Assembly (NCBI GenBank): GCA_046716885.1
Contig: JBKJWL010000170.1
Span: 2,245 to 66,244 of the forward strand
Length of the DNA stretch: 64,000 nt
Reading direction: 5' to 3'
Origin: Thermoanaerobaculia bacterium
GTDB lineage: Bacteria; Acidobacteriota; Thermoanaerobaculia; UBA5066; Gp7-AA6
Below are positions 35,819 through 45,400 of the stretch, in pieces (the first letter of the stretch is position 1; every line of letters begins with the position of its first letter). The notes beneath the pieces are model-generated. The model was given only the letters and a program-made list of their open reading frames with translations, made no database searches and was not told where the DNA came from. Both the position numbers and the translations under genes were made by a program.

Positions 35819-36064
35819 ATGCAGATTCGAGTCCTCCATTTCGCCTCCTTTCGCGACGCAACAGGCCGGGACGAGGAAGTCAGGGATCTGCCCGAGGGGG
35901 CCCGGGTCTCGGAGCTCTGGACCACGCTGGCGAGAGACGTCCCCCTCTTCTCCCGCTTTCCATCGATGCCGCCTGCCGCCGTGAACCGCGAGTACGCGCC
36001 GGGCGACCTCGTGCTGCGCGAAGGCGACGAGGTGGCCTTCCTCCCGCCCGTGGCCGGGGGCTGA
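35819..36064 (+). CDS. moaD: Molybdopterin synthase sulfur-carrier subunit
   Basis: 81 aa with a ThiS/MoaD fold pattern. It ends in ...FLPPVAGG (C-terminal GG) and lies directly upstream of moaE. Confidence 0.8.
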   Translation: MQIRVLHFASFRDATGRDEEVRDLPEGARVSELWTTLARDVPLFSRFPSMPPAAVNREYAPGDLVLREGDEVAFLPPVAGG

Positions 36065-36069
36065 CGGGA

Positions 36070-36486
36070 ATGCACCTCACCACCTCCTCGATCGACCTGG
36101 CTTCCCTGCTTCTCGAAGCCCGCGCCTCAGACGGCGCCCTCTGTCTCTTCGTCGGGGTCGTGCGCGACCATAACCAGGGCCGCGACACGACGGCGATCCA
36201 CTACGAGGCCTACGAGCCGATGGCCGAGGCGGAGATGGCGCGCATCGCGCAAGGACTGGAGCGGGAGTTCCCCGAGGTCCGGGTCCGGATCCAGCACCGC
36301 GTGGGGCGGTTGGCGGTGGGCGAGGCCTCCGTCGCGGTCGTCGCAGTCTCGCCGCACCGCTCCGAGGCCTTCGCCGCCTGCCGCGCGGCCATCGACCGCA
36401 TCAAGACGACCGCGCCGATCTGGAAGAAGGAGTTTCATCCCGACGGCTCGAGCGCGTGGGTAGATCCGACAGAGATGAAACAATAA
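36070..36486 (+). CDS. moaE: Molybdopterin synthase catalytic subunit
   Basis: 138 aa. Motifs are FVGVVRDHNQGR, HYEAYEPMAE, SPHRSEAF and PIWKKE. Confidence 0.85.
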   Translation: MHLTTSSIDLASLLLEARASDGALCLFVGVVRDHNQGRDTTAIHYEAYEPMAEAEMARIAQGLEREFPEVRVRIQHRVGRLAVGEASVAVVAVSPHRSEAFAACRAAIDRIKTTAPIWKKEFHPDGSSAWVDPTEMKQ

Positions 36487-36492
36487 AGCTCG

Positions 36493-37851
36493 ATGTCCCT
36501 CGCCAAAGTCATCGGTCCCGACATCGAAGAGCTGATTCGGGAGAACCCGGCGGAGCTCGCCTCCGCGGTGGCGAACATGCACCCGGCGGACCTTGCGGAG
36601 CTGCTCGACGACCTGCCGCGCGAGGACCGCGTGATCCTCTTCGAGGCGCTGCCGTCCGAGCAGGGCGCAGCGGTGCTCTCGGAGCTGAAGGGCGAGACGC
36701 TGCGCCTGATCCTCCACAGCGCCTCGCCCGCAAAGCTCGGGCCGATGCTCGACCGGCTGCCGGCTGACGAGGTCACGTTCCTTCTCGAACACCTGACCCA
36801 GCGCCAGCGCGAGGCCATCCTCGCCAAGATGTCGCCGCGGGACGTCGCGGAAGTCGAGCGGCTCCTTCGCTATCCGGCCCGCACGGCCGGCCGCCTCATG
36901 ACCGAGAAGTTCGCCACCATTCGACCCGACTGGACCGTGGCCGAGACCCTCGATCACCTGAAGCGCATCGACCCCGAGGTCGAAACGGTGCAGAGCCTCT
37001 ATGCCCTCGACGAGAAGGGCCGGCTCATCGGGTACGTGTCGCTGCGGCGGCTCTTCCCCGCGCCGCCGGACCGCCGGATCGCCGACATGATGGAGCGACG
37101 GCTCCTGACCGTGCGCGGGGACGCCTCGCAGGAAGAAGTGGCGCGCCTGGTCTCCAAGTACGACGTGCACGCCATCCCCGTCGTGGACGAGGAGAACCGC
37201 CTGCTCGGCATCGTGACCGTGGACGACGTCATCGACATCCTGATCGAAGAGCAGACCGAGGACGTCCTGCACATGGGCGGCGTCTCGGCGACCGAGGAGG
37301 CCGTCGAGCACGGCTACTTCGCGTCGAAGCCCTGGCGCAACGTTCGGCTCCGGTTCAACTGGCTGCTTCTGCTCTTCGTCGCCGCAACCTTCACGGGAAC
37401 CGTGCTGCGTCACTACGAGGACGAGGTCGCGCGAGTCGTGGCGCTTGCGTTCTTCATTCCGCTCTTGATCGGGACGGGCGGAAACTCCGGCTCCCAGACC
37501 GTCACGACGATCGTTCGGGGGCTCGCGGTGGGCGAGATCCGGCTGCGCGACTCCGGTCGCGTTCTCCTGCGCGAAGGGGGCAGCGGCATCGCACTGGGCT
37601 TCCTGCTCGGCATCGTCGGCTTCGGCCAGGCCCTGCTCTGGGGCTCGGAAATCCCCCTCGCGTTGACCGTCGGCGTCTCGATCGTCGCGATCTGTGCGTG
37701 GGCCAACGCGGTCGGTTCCATGGTCCCGATGCTCGCAACGGCATTCCGGATCGACCCGACCGTGATGTCGGCGCCGCTGATCGCCACGATCGTGGACGCG
37801 ACGGGGCTCATCATCTACTTCACGGTCGCCCGGATCTTCCTCGGCCTCTGA
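36493..37851 (+). CDS. mgtE: Magnesium transporter MgtE
   Basis: 452 aa. An MgtE N-domain is followed by a CBS pair (AIPVVDEENRLLGIVTVDDVIDIL) and a C-terminal 5-TM domain (GTGGNSGSQ). Confidence 0.9.
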   Translation: MSLAKVIGPDIEELIRENPAELASAVANMHPADLAELLDDLPREDRVILFEALPSEQGAAVLSELKGETLRLILHSASPAKLGPMLDRLPADEVTFLLEHLTQRQREAILAKMSPRDVAEVERLLRYPARTAGRLMTEKFATIRPDWTVAETLDHLKRIDPEVETVQSLYALDEKGRLIGYVSLRRLFPAPPDRRIADMMERRLLTVRGDASQEEVARLVSKYDVHAIPVVDEENRLLGIVTVDDVIDILIEEQTEDVLHMGGVSATEEAVEHGYFASKPWRNVRLRFNWLLLLFVAATFTGTVLRHYEDEVARVVALAFFIPLLIGTGGNSGSQTVTTIVRGLAVGEIRLRDSGRVLLREGGSGIALGFLLGIVGFGQALLWGSEIPLALTVGVSIVAICAWANAVGSMVPMLATAFRIDPTVMSAPLIATIVDATGLIIYFTVARIFLGL

Positions 37852-37888
37852 TAGGATTCCCCGCTCGAAAAAAAACCAGGGAGGACCC

Positions 37889-38725
37889 ATGAGCACGCCC
37901 GCCAAGACCCGCGACTGGACGAGCCCGGAGCTCGATCACCCCGTCATCAACTACCACGCCGCCGACGGGATCGCGGTCATCGAGATCGACGACCCGCCCG
38001 CCAACACCTACACCTACGCCATGAACCGCCAGCTCGATGAGGCGATCCTGAAGGCGCGCTTCGACGACGACGTCCACGTCATCGTGCTGCGCGGGAAGGG
38101 CGACCGCTTCTTCTCGGCCGGGGCGAACATCGGGATGCTCAACGCCGTCTCGCCCGGCTTCAAGTACTTCTTCTGCCTGCACGCCAACGAGACGCTCCTG
38201 CGCCTCGAGCACACGCCCAAGCTCGTGATCGCGGCCTTGAACGGCCACACGGTCGGCGGAGGCCTCGAGATCGCGATGGCCGCGGACCTGCGCATCGCCC
38301 GAAAGGATGCCGGCAAGATCGGTCTGCCCGAGGTGACGCTGGGCGTCCTTCCCGGCACTGGCGGAACGACGCGCCTGGCAAAGATGGTCGGCAAGTCGAA
38401 GGCGATCGAGCTCATGATCACCGGCAACACGTTTTCCTTCGAGGAAGCACTCGACCTGGGTCTCGTCAACCAGGTCATCGAAGCGACGCCGGAGGAGTGG
38501 TGGGAACAGGTCATGGACTACGCGCGGCAGTTCGTGCCGCCGAACAAGGCCGCGAAGGCGGTCGGCCGGATCAAGCGCGCGGTCCAATCGGGTTGGGATC
38601 TGCCGCTCGAATCGGCGCTCGCGATCGAGCGGGAGCTGCAGCAGCTGCTCTTCCAGAGCGACGACGCCAAGGAAGGCATCGCCGCCAACCAGGAGAAGCG
38701 GGTGCCGAAGTTCAAGGGGAAGTAA
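37889..38725 (+). CDS. Enoyl-CoA hydratase/isomerase (crotonase) family protein
   Basis: 278 aa. Motifs are FFSAGANI, ALNGHTVGGGLEIAMAADLRIA and GLPEVTLGVLPGTGGT. AGGGAGGA lies upstream. Confidence 0.85.
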   Translation: MSTPAKTRDWTSPELDHPVINYHAADGIAVIEIDDPPANTYTYAMNRQLDEAILKARFDDDVHVIVLRGKGDRFFSAGANIGMLNAVSPGFKYFFCLHANETLLRLEHTPKLVIAALNGHTVGGGLEIAMAADLRIARKDAGKIGLPEVTLGVLPGTGGTTRLAKMVGKSKAIELMITGNTFSFEEALDLGLVNQVIEATPEEWWEQVMDYARQFVPPNKAAKAVGRIKRAVQSGWDLPLESALAIERELQQLLFQSDDAKEGIAANQEKRVPKFKGK

Positions 38726-38726
38726 G

Positions 38727-40223
38727 TTGGGAAACGGGAGTCTGGAGTCGGGAGGGGCCCCGGGAAAATCTCCGGCCTTGACGCTTCGAACCGACCTCTT
38801 CATCGGAGGCGAGTTCGTCCCCGCGGCCGGCGGCAGGCGCTTCTCGACGGTCAACCCCGCCACCGGCGAGACGATCGCCGAGGTCGCGGAGGCGGGGCCG
38901 GAAGACCTCGACCGCGCCGTCGCGGCGGCGCGGCAGGCCTTCGAGTCGGGTCCCTGGGCCGTGATGAAGCCGCGCCAGCGCGGCCGCGTCCTGATGCGCG
39001 CGGCCGACCTGCTCCTCTCCCGCGCCGACGATTTCGGCCGGGTCGAGACGCTCGACAACGGCAAGCCCATCTTCGAGGCCGCGAAGATCGACATGCCGGC
39101 CGCCGCCGAGTGCCTGGCCTACTTCGGCGAGTACGCCGACAAGCTCTACGGGGACACGTTTCCGGGGCGCAGGGACGCTTTCCTGCTGACAGTCCGGGAG
39201 CCCGTCGGCGTGGTCGGCGCAATCACGCCCTGGAACTTCCCGCTGCTGCAGGCCATGTGGAAGATCGCGCCGGCGCTGGCGCTCGGGAACACGGTCGTGC
39301 TGAAGCCGGCCTCCGTGACTCCCCTGACGGCGTTGATGTTCGCCGAGCTCCTGGCCGAGGCGGGGCTCCCGCCCGGAGCGTTCAACGTCGTGCCCGGCCC
39401 GGGCCCGGTCGTCGGAGCGGCCATGGCGGAGCACCCGGGGATCGACAAGATCTCCTTCACCGGGGAGACGGAGACAGGCAAGGCGATCCTGCGGGCCGCC
39501 GCCGGCACGGTCAAGCGCGTCTCGATGGAGCTCGGAGGCAAGTCCCCCAACGTCGTCTTCGCCGACGCCGACCTCGACGCCGCCGCCAAGGGGGCGATCA
39601 ACGCGATCTTCTACGGCAAGGGCGAGCTGTGCTCGGCGGGCTCGCGCCTTCTCGTCGAGGAGTCGATCCACGACGCGCTCCTGGAGAAAGTCGTCGAGCG
39701 CGCCAGGAAGATGGCGCCCGGCGACCCGCTCGACCCGAAGACGCGCCTGGGCTCGCTGGTCTCCGAGAAGCAGCGCGAAAACGTCGCGCGCTATGTCGAA
39801 AGCGGCCGGAAAGAAGGCGCGAAGCTCGTCGCGGGAGGCAATTCTGCCTCGGTCAACGGCAAGGGCGCGTTCTTCGAGGCGACCGTGTTCGACGGCGTGA
39901 CTCCCCAGATGACGATCGCGCGCGAAGAGATCTTCGGGCCCGTCCTCTCGACCCTGACCTTCCGGAACGAGGAGGAGGCGATCGCGGTCGGCAACTCGAC
40001 GATTTACGGCCTGGCGGCAGCCGTCTGGACGCGCGACATCAAGAAGGCGCTGCGTGCCGCCAGGGCCTTGAAGGCCGGGACCGTTTGGATCAACGCCTAC
40101 AACTTCTACGACCCGGGGCTCCCCTTCGGCGGCTACAAGGAATCCGGGTTCGGCCGGGAGCGCGGGCACTACGCGCTCGAGGAGTACACGCAGGTCAAGA
40201 GCATCTGGGTGGATTTAACGTAA
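38727..40223 (+). CDS. NAD(P)-dependent aldehyde dehydrogenase
   Basis: 498 aa. Motifs are LFIGGEFV, FTGETETG, MELGGKSP, GELCSAGSR and EEIFGPV. The start is uncertain: TTG 38727 (track) or in-frame TTG 38778 just before TLRTDLFIGG. Confidence 0.88.
   Translation: MGNGSLESGGAPGKSPALTLRTDLFIGGEFVPAAGGRRFSTVNPATGETIAEVAEAGPEDLDRAVAAARQAFESGPWAVMKPRQRGRVLMRAADLLLSRADDFGRVETLDNGKPIFEAAKIDMPAAAECLAYFGEYADKLYGDTFPGRRDAFLLTVREPVGVVGAITPWNFPLLQAMWKIAPALALGNTVVLKPASVTPLTALMFAELLAEAGLPPGAFNVVPGPGPVVGAAMAEHPGIDKISFTGETETGKAILRAAAGTVKRVSMELGGKSPNVVFADADLDAAAKGAINAIFYGKGELCSAGSRLLVEESIHDALLEKVVERARKMAPGDPLDPKTRLGSLVSEKQRENVARYVESGRKEGAKLVAGGNSASVNGKGAFFEATVFDGVTPQMTIAREEIFGPVLSTLTFRNEEEAIAVGNSTIYGLAAAVWTRDIKKALRAARALKAGTVWINAYNFYDPGLPFGGYKESGFGRERGHYALEEYTQVKSIWVDLT
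38736..38757. repeat. Heptad repeat GGGAGTC TGGAGTC GGGAGGGG at the crotonase/ALDH junction
   Basis: Read directly. It is the same unit and the same strand as the repeat at 20773-20810. Confidence 0.85.
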
Positions 40224-40257
40224 GCGGGGTATGACCCGGGTCTGACCCAGGCGCCCT

Positions 40258-41157
40258 GTGACAAAGAGAGACTCAATGTTCTCCCCCACGATCCTCGCCG
40301 GCCGCTCGATCCTCGTCACCGGGGGCGGCTCGGGCCTCGGCCTCGCGATGGCTAAAGCGTTTGCGGCGCACGGCGCCCGGGTGACGATCGCAGGGCGGAA
40401 ACGCGAAAGGCTCGAGGCCGCGGTCCGGGAGATCACAGGGTCGGCGCGCGAGGGCGGCGAGGCCGACCTGTGCGCGGCCGACGTCCGCGATCCGGGCGAG
40501 GTCGAGAAGCTGGTCGCGCACGCCGTCGCGCGCTTCGGCGGAGTCGACGGCCTCGTCAACAACGCCGCGGGCAACTTCCTGGCCTTCTCCGAGGAGCTTT
40601 CCCCCAACGGCTTCGACGCCGTCGTGCGGACCGTGCTGTACGGCTCGGTGAACTGCACGCTCGCCGTGGGCCGTCACCTGCTCGAGCGGAAAGCGCCCGG
40701 AGCGATCGTCTCCATCGTCACGACCTACGCCTGGACCGGGACGGCCTACGCGCTCCCGTCGGCGTGCGCCAAGGCGGGAGTGCTGGCGATGACCCGCTCG
40801 CTCGCCGTCGAGTGGGGCCATGCCGGCATCCGCTTGAACGCGATCGCGCCCGGCCCGATCCCGACCGAAGGCGCGTTCTCGCGCCTGATGGCCAGCCCCG
40901 AGGCGCAGAAGAACGCCCTCGACCGCATTCCGCTCGGCCGCTTCGGAGCGAAGGAGGAGATCGCGAACCTCACGACCTTTCTGCTCTCGGACCTCTGCCC
41001 GTACCAGACCGGCGACTGCGTTACGATGGACGGCGGGGAATGGCTCGCGGGCGCCGGCGAGTTTTCGGACTACCGCAAGGCGCCGCGGGAAATGCTCAAG
41101 GCCGGATTCGACGCGATGAAACCGAAGCGAGACCCGCAGGGGGGCTCGTCCACGTAG
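40258..41157 (+). CDS. SDR-family oxidoreductase (2,4-dienoyl-CoA reductase-like)
   Basis: 299 aa. Motifs are VTGGGSGLG, NNAAG and YALPSACAKAG. An alternative start is ATG 40276 (MFSPTIL), with AGAGAG upstream. Confidence 0.85.
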   Translation: MTKRDSMFSPTILAGRSILVTGGGSGLGLAMAKAFAAHGARVTIAGRKRERLEAAVREITGSAREGGEADLCAADVRDPGEVEKLVAHAVARFGGVDGLVNNAAGNFLAFSEELSPNGFDAVVRTVLYGSVNCTLAVGRHLLERKAPGAIVSIVTTYAWTGTAYALPSACAKAGVLAMTRSLAVEWGHAGIRLNAIAPGPIPTEGAFSRLMASPEAQKNALDRIPLGRFGAKEEIANLTTFLLSDLCPYQTGDCVTMDGGEWLAGAGEFSDYRKAPREMLKAGFDAMKPKRDPQGGSST

Positions 41158-41197
41158 GAGCTTCAGGAGCCGTTGCGCTCCCGAAAGGAGAAAAAAC

Positions 41198-41500
41198 ATG
41201 GTCAAGACGGCGCTGTTCGTTCGACTCGAGGCGAAGAAGGGCAAGGAGGCCGAGGTGGACGCCTTTTTGCGCGGCGGACTGGCGATCGTCGAGGAGGAAC
41301 CGGCGACGATCGCCTGGTTCGCCATCCAGATGGGACCCTCCACGTTTGGGATTTTCGACGCCTTTCCGGACGAGGCCGGACGGCAGGCGCACCTGGCCGG
41401 CCGCGTGGCCGCGGCGCTCATGGCGAAGGCATCCGAGCTGCTGGCAGAGCCGCCCTCGATCGAGAAGGTGGACGTTCTGGCGGCCAAGCTCCTGAAGTAG
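41198..41500 (+). CDS. Antibiotic-biosynthesis-monooxygenase (ABM)-like small protein
   Basis: 100 aa with a ferredoxin-like ABM pattern (FVRLEAKKGKEAEV..FL...WFAIQMGPSTFGIFDAF.DE). AAAGGAGAAAAAAC lies upstream. Confidence 0.65.
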   Translation: MVKTALFVRLEAKKGKEAEVDAFLRGGLAIVEEEPATIAWFAIQMGPSTFGIFDAFPDEAGRQAHLAGRVAAALMAKASELLAEPPSIEKVDVLAAKLLK

Positions 41501-41534
41501 CTGCGGCCCGTCGATTTCAACCGCTGGAGGGAAC

Positions 41535-42395
41535 ATGAAACACCTCGTTCTGGGCGGAACCGGCACCGTGGGAAGCCTCGTCGTCGCAGGGCTTCTGAAG
41601 AAGGGTGAAAGCGTGCGCGTCCTGACCCGGAGCGCGGAGCGCGCGAAGTCGTTGCCGAAGGGCGCGCTTCCGGTCATCGGCGACCTGCAGGACCCGGATA
41701 CCTACAAAGCCATTTTCACGGACTACGACCACCTCTTCCTGCTCAATGCCACGGGCCCGGCGGAGCTTCAGGAGGGTCTGGCCGCCGTCAACGAGGCCCT
41801 GCGCTCCGGGGCAAAACGGATCGTCTACCTGTCAGTCCACGACGTCGAGAAGGCGCCGGCGGTCCCGCACTTCGCGGCCAAGGTCGCCGTGGAAAACGCC
41901 CTCGCGGCGAGCGGTCTGAAGACCACGATCCTCCGGCCCAACAACTTTTTCCAGAACGACTACTGGTACAAGGAGGCGCTGCTGAACTACGGCGTCTACC
42001 CGCAGCCGATCGGAAACGCGGGACTCTCGCGGGTCGATACGCGCGACATCGCCGACGCCGCCGTCCGCGCGCTCACCGAGGGCGGCCACGAGGGGCGCAC
42101 GTACGTGGTCGCCGGGTCGGAGGCGCTCGGGGGCAACGACCACGCGGCCATCTACTCCGAGGCGCTCGGCAAGAAGATCGTCTACGGCGGCGACGACCTC
42201 GACGCCTGGGCGCAGTCGGTGCGTACGTCGCTTCCGCCCTGGGCGGTCTACGACTACGGCCTCATGTACGCCGTGTTTCAGACCTCGGGGCTCAGCGCCA
42301 CAGCCGCGCAGCTCGCCCAAACCGAGGCGATCTTGGGACGCAAACCCAGGAACTTCCGCGATTTTGTGAGGGAGACCGCCGCCGGCTGGAAGTAG
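41535..42395 (+). CDS. NmrA-like / atypical SDR NAD(P)-binding protein
   Basis: 286 aa. Motifs are VLGGTGTVGS, ILRPNNFFQN and DTRDIADAA. Confidence 0.8.
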   Translation: MKHLVLGGTGTVGSLVVAGLLKKGESVRVLTRSAERAKSLPKGALPVIGDLQDPDTYKAIFTDYDHLFLLNATGPAELQEGLAAVNEALRSGAKRIVYLSVHDVEKAPAVPHFAAKVAVENALAASGLKTTILRPNNFFQNDYWYKEALLNYGVYPQPIGNAGLSRVDTRDIADAAVRALTEGGHEGRTYVVAGSEALGGNDHAAIYSEALGKKIVYGGDDLDAWAQSVRTSLPPWAVYDYGLMYAVFQTSGLSATAAQLAQTEAILGRKPRNFRDFVRETAAGWK

Positions 42396-42406
42396 AGGCC
42401 GTCTCG

Positions 42407-45400
42407 CTACGCGAACGCCTCCGCGAGGAACTGCTCGAGCTCACGCTTGTGGACGCCCGCATTGCCCGTGGCGGGCGAGGGCGCGGCGGCGCGGCCGACG
42501 TAGACGAGCTCGCTGCCCGTGGGCAGGAATTCCGCCTTCCGTTCGGCGACGAAGCTCCACGCGCCCATGTTCTTCGGCTCCTCCTGGACCCAGACGAAGC
42601 GCCGCGCGCTCGGGTAGCCGCCGCGGATCGTCCTCAACCGCTCGTCCGGGAACGGGTAGAGCTGCTCGAGGCGCACGATCGCGGTCTTGAAGTCGCCGCG
42701 CTTCTCCCTCTCGACGCGCAGGTCGTAGTAGACCTTGCCGCTGCAGAAGAGAACGCGCTCGACGAGGGCGCGGTCGCCGACCTCGGGATCATCCAGGACG
42801 ACACGGAATCCCCCCGACGCCAGCGCGTCGAGCGGCGAGGACGCCGCCGGCAGGCGCAGCAGGCTCTTGGGGGTGAAGAGGACGAGCGGCCTGGCCTCAA
42901 GCTGCCGCATCTGGCGGCGCAGCAGGTGGAAGTACTGGGCGGGTGTGGTCGCGTTGACGGCCTGCAGGTTCCCTTCGGCACAGAGCTGCAGGTAGCGCTC
43001 GATCCTCGCGCTCGAGTGTTCCGGGCCCTGCCCCTCTGCGCCGTGCGGGAGGAGCATCCCGAGGCGGGAGGACTGCCGCCACTTGTCCTGTGCCGAGGCG
43101 ATGAACTGGTCGACGATGACCTGAGCGCCGTTGGCGAAGTCGCCGAACTGCGCCTCCCACAGGACCAGGGCCTCGGGCCATTCGACGCTGTAGCCGTAGT
43201 CGAACCCGAGCACCGCGAACTCGGAGAGGGGGCTGTCGACGGCTTCGAAGGGCGGCTGCTTCGGGTCGAGGGTCGAGAGCGGCGTCCAGGTCTCGCCCGT
43301 GGCCGTGTCGTGGAAGACGGCGTGGCGCTGCGAAAAGGTTCCGCGGCTGGAGTCCTGGCCGCTGACGCGGATGGGCGTTCCTTCGATCAAGAGCGATCCG
43401 AAGGCGAGCGCCTCGGCCGTGCCGAAGTCGAGCGGCAGCGCGCCCTCGGCCATCCTCGCCCGGCGCGCGAGCTGCTGGACCATCTTCGGGTTGAGGTGGA
43501 ATCCCGCGGGCACGGTCGTCAGCACGCGGCCGATCGAGGCCAGCGTCTCGCGCGCGACGCCCGTGTCCATCTCGACGACCGCGCCGCCGGGAGGGGGGGG
43601 CGGGGCGGCCTCCACCCGCGGCCGCCTCGCGGCGTCCTTGGCCGCCGCGAGAGCGCGTTCGTACTCGGCGAGCTGCCAGGCCTCCATCTCGCGGACGTCG
43701 TCTTCGGTCACGACGCCTTCGCGAATCAGCCGCCGGGCGTAGAGCGTGCGCACGCCCGGGTGCGCCTCGATCGCGCGGTACATGACCGGCTGCGTGTAGG
43801 TCGGCTCGTCGCCCTCGTTGTGCCCGTGCCTCCGGAATCCGATCAGGTCGATGACAACGTCCTTGTGGAATTCCTGGCGGTAATCGAGCGCGATCTCGAG
43901 AACGCGGTATGCGGCCTCCGGATCGTCGCCGTTGACGTGGAAGATCGGCACCTGGATGATCTTGGCGACGTCGGTCGAATAGACGGAAGAGCGCCCCTGG
44001 GACGGCGCCGTCGTGAACCCGATCTGGTTGTTGATGACGACGTGGATCGTGCCGCCCGTCTCGTAACCCGAGAGCTGCGACAGGTTCAGCACCTCGGCGA
44101 CCATCCCCTGTCCCGCGAACGCCGCGTCACCGTGGAGGAGCGCCGGCAGCTGCCGGGCCCAGCCCGCGGGCCCCCGGCCCGAGGAACGCACCTGTTTGGC
44201 CCGCACGACTCCTTCGACCACGGGGTCCACCGCCTCCAGGTGCGACGGGTTGGATTCCACCTGCACGGCGATCTCGCGGCCGGCCTCGGACTTCCGGACC
44301 GTCCGCGCGCCCTGGTGATACTTGACGTCGCCTTCGTCGGCCGGAAAATCCGGATGCACGACGCCCTCGAAGCCCGAGAAGATGCGTTCGGCGGAGTTGC
44401 CGACGACGTTGGCGAGGATGTTGAGCCTTCCGCGGTGCGACATCCCGATGACGACTTCCTCGAGGCCCCGGGCCGCCGACCCCTCGACGAGCCGGTCGAG
44501 CAGCGGGATGGCCGTGTCGCAGCCCTCGATGGAGTAACGCCGCTGGCCGAGGAACTTCGTCCCGAGAAAACGCTCGAACTCCTCGGCCGCGATGAGCTTG
44601 GCGAGGATCTTCTTGCGCAGCTCCGCCGGCAACGGCGGGGCCGCGGCCGCGGCGGCGACCCGCTGGCGGATCCAGTTCTTCTCGTCAGGGCTGGAGATGT
44701 GCCGGTACTCGATGCCGACCTTGCCGCAGTAGACGCGGCGCATCACGGCGATGATCTCGCGCAGCGGCATGCGGTCGCCGCCCTTCAACCCGCCCGACCA
44801 GAACTCGCGGTCGAGGTCCCAGATCGTCAGGCCATAGGTCTCGAGATCCAGCTCGGGGTGGTGCACGATCGCGCGCGTCCGCAACGGGTCGATGTCGGCG
44901 ATCCGGTGCCCGCGCACGCGGTAGGCGTTGGTCAGCTCGATCACGCGCGCCTGTTTGGCAATGTCCTCGCCGTGCCCGTCGGAGGAGAGCGGGTTCCGGT
45001 CGGTCTCCCACTTCAGCGGGCGGAAGCGGATGGAGAGGTCGGCGAAGATCGACTCGTAGAAGCCGTCCTGGCCGAGCAGCAGCTCCTCGACCCGCGCGAG
45101 GAAGGTGCCCGACTCGGCGCCCTGGATGATCCGGTGGTCGTAGGTCGACGTGAACGTCGCGATCTTGGAGATCGCGAGGCGCGAGAGGGTCGCGGGCGCC
45201 ATGGCCCGGAACTCCGCCGGGTACTCGATTGCGCCCGTCGCGATGATGGCGCCCTGGCCCGGCATCAGGCGGGGCACGGAAGCCGTCGTGCCGAGGGTGC
45301 CGGGGTTGGTCAGCGAGATGGTCGTGCCCTCGAAGTCGGCGAGCTTGAGCTTTCCGGCCCGCGCGCGCGCGACGACGTCGTCGGCCGCGGCGACGAACTC

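Noticed and set aside
36487-36492. Possible M-box (Mg2+) riboswitch upstream of mgtE
   Set aside because: mgtE starts 6 nt after the moaE stop, so there is no leader to hold a riboswitch.
43593-43600. G8 homopolymer inside the 2-oxoglutarate dehydrogenase gene, considered as a possible phase-variation tract
   Set aside because: It encodes an in-frame PPPPP linker (AAPPPPPGG) in a core metabolic gene. Nothing suggests a frameshift or a switch.
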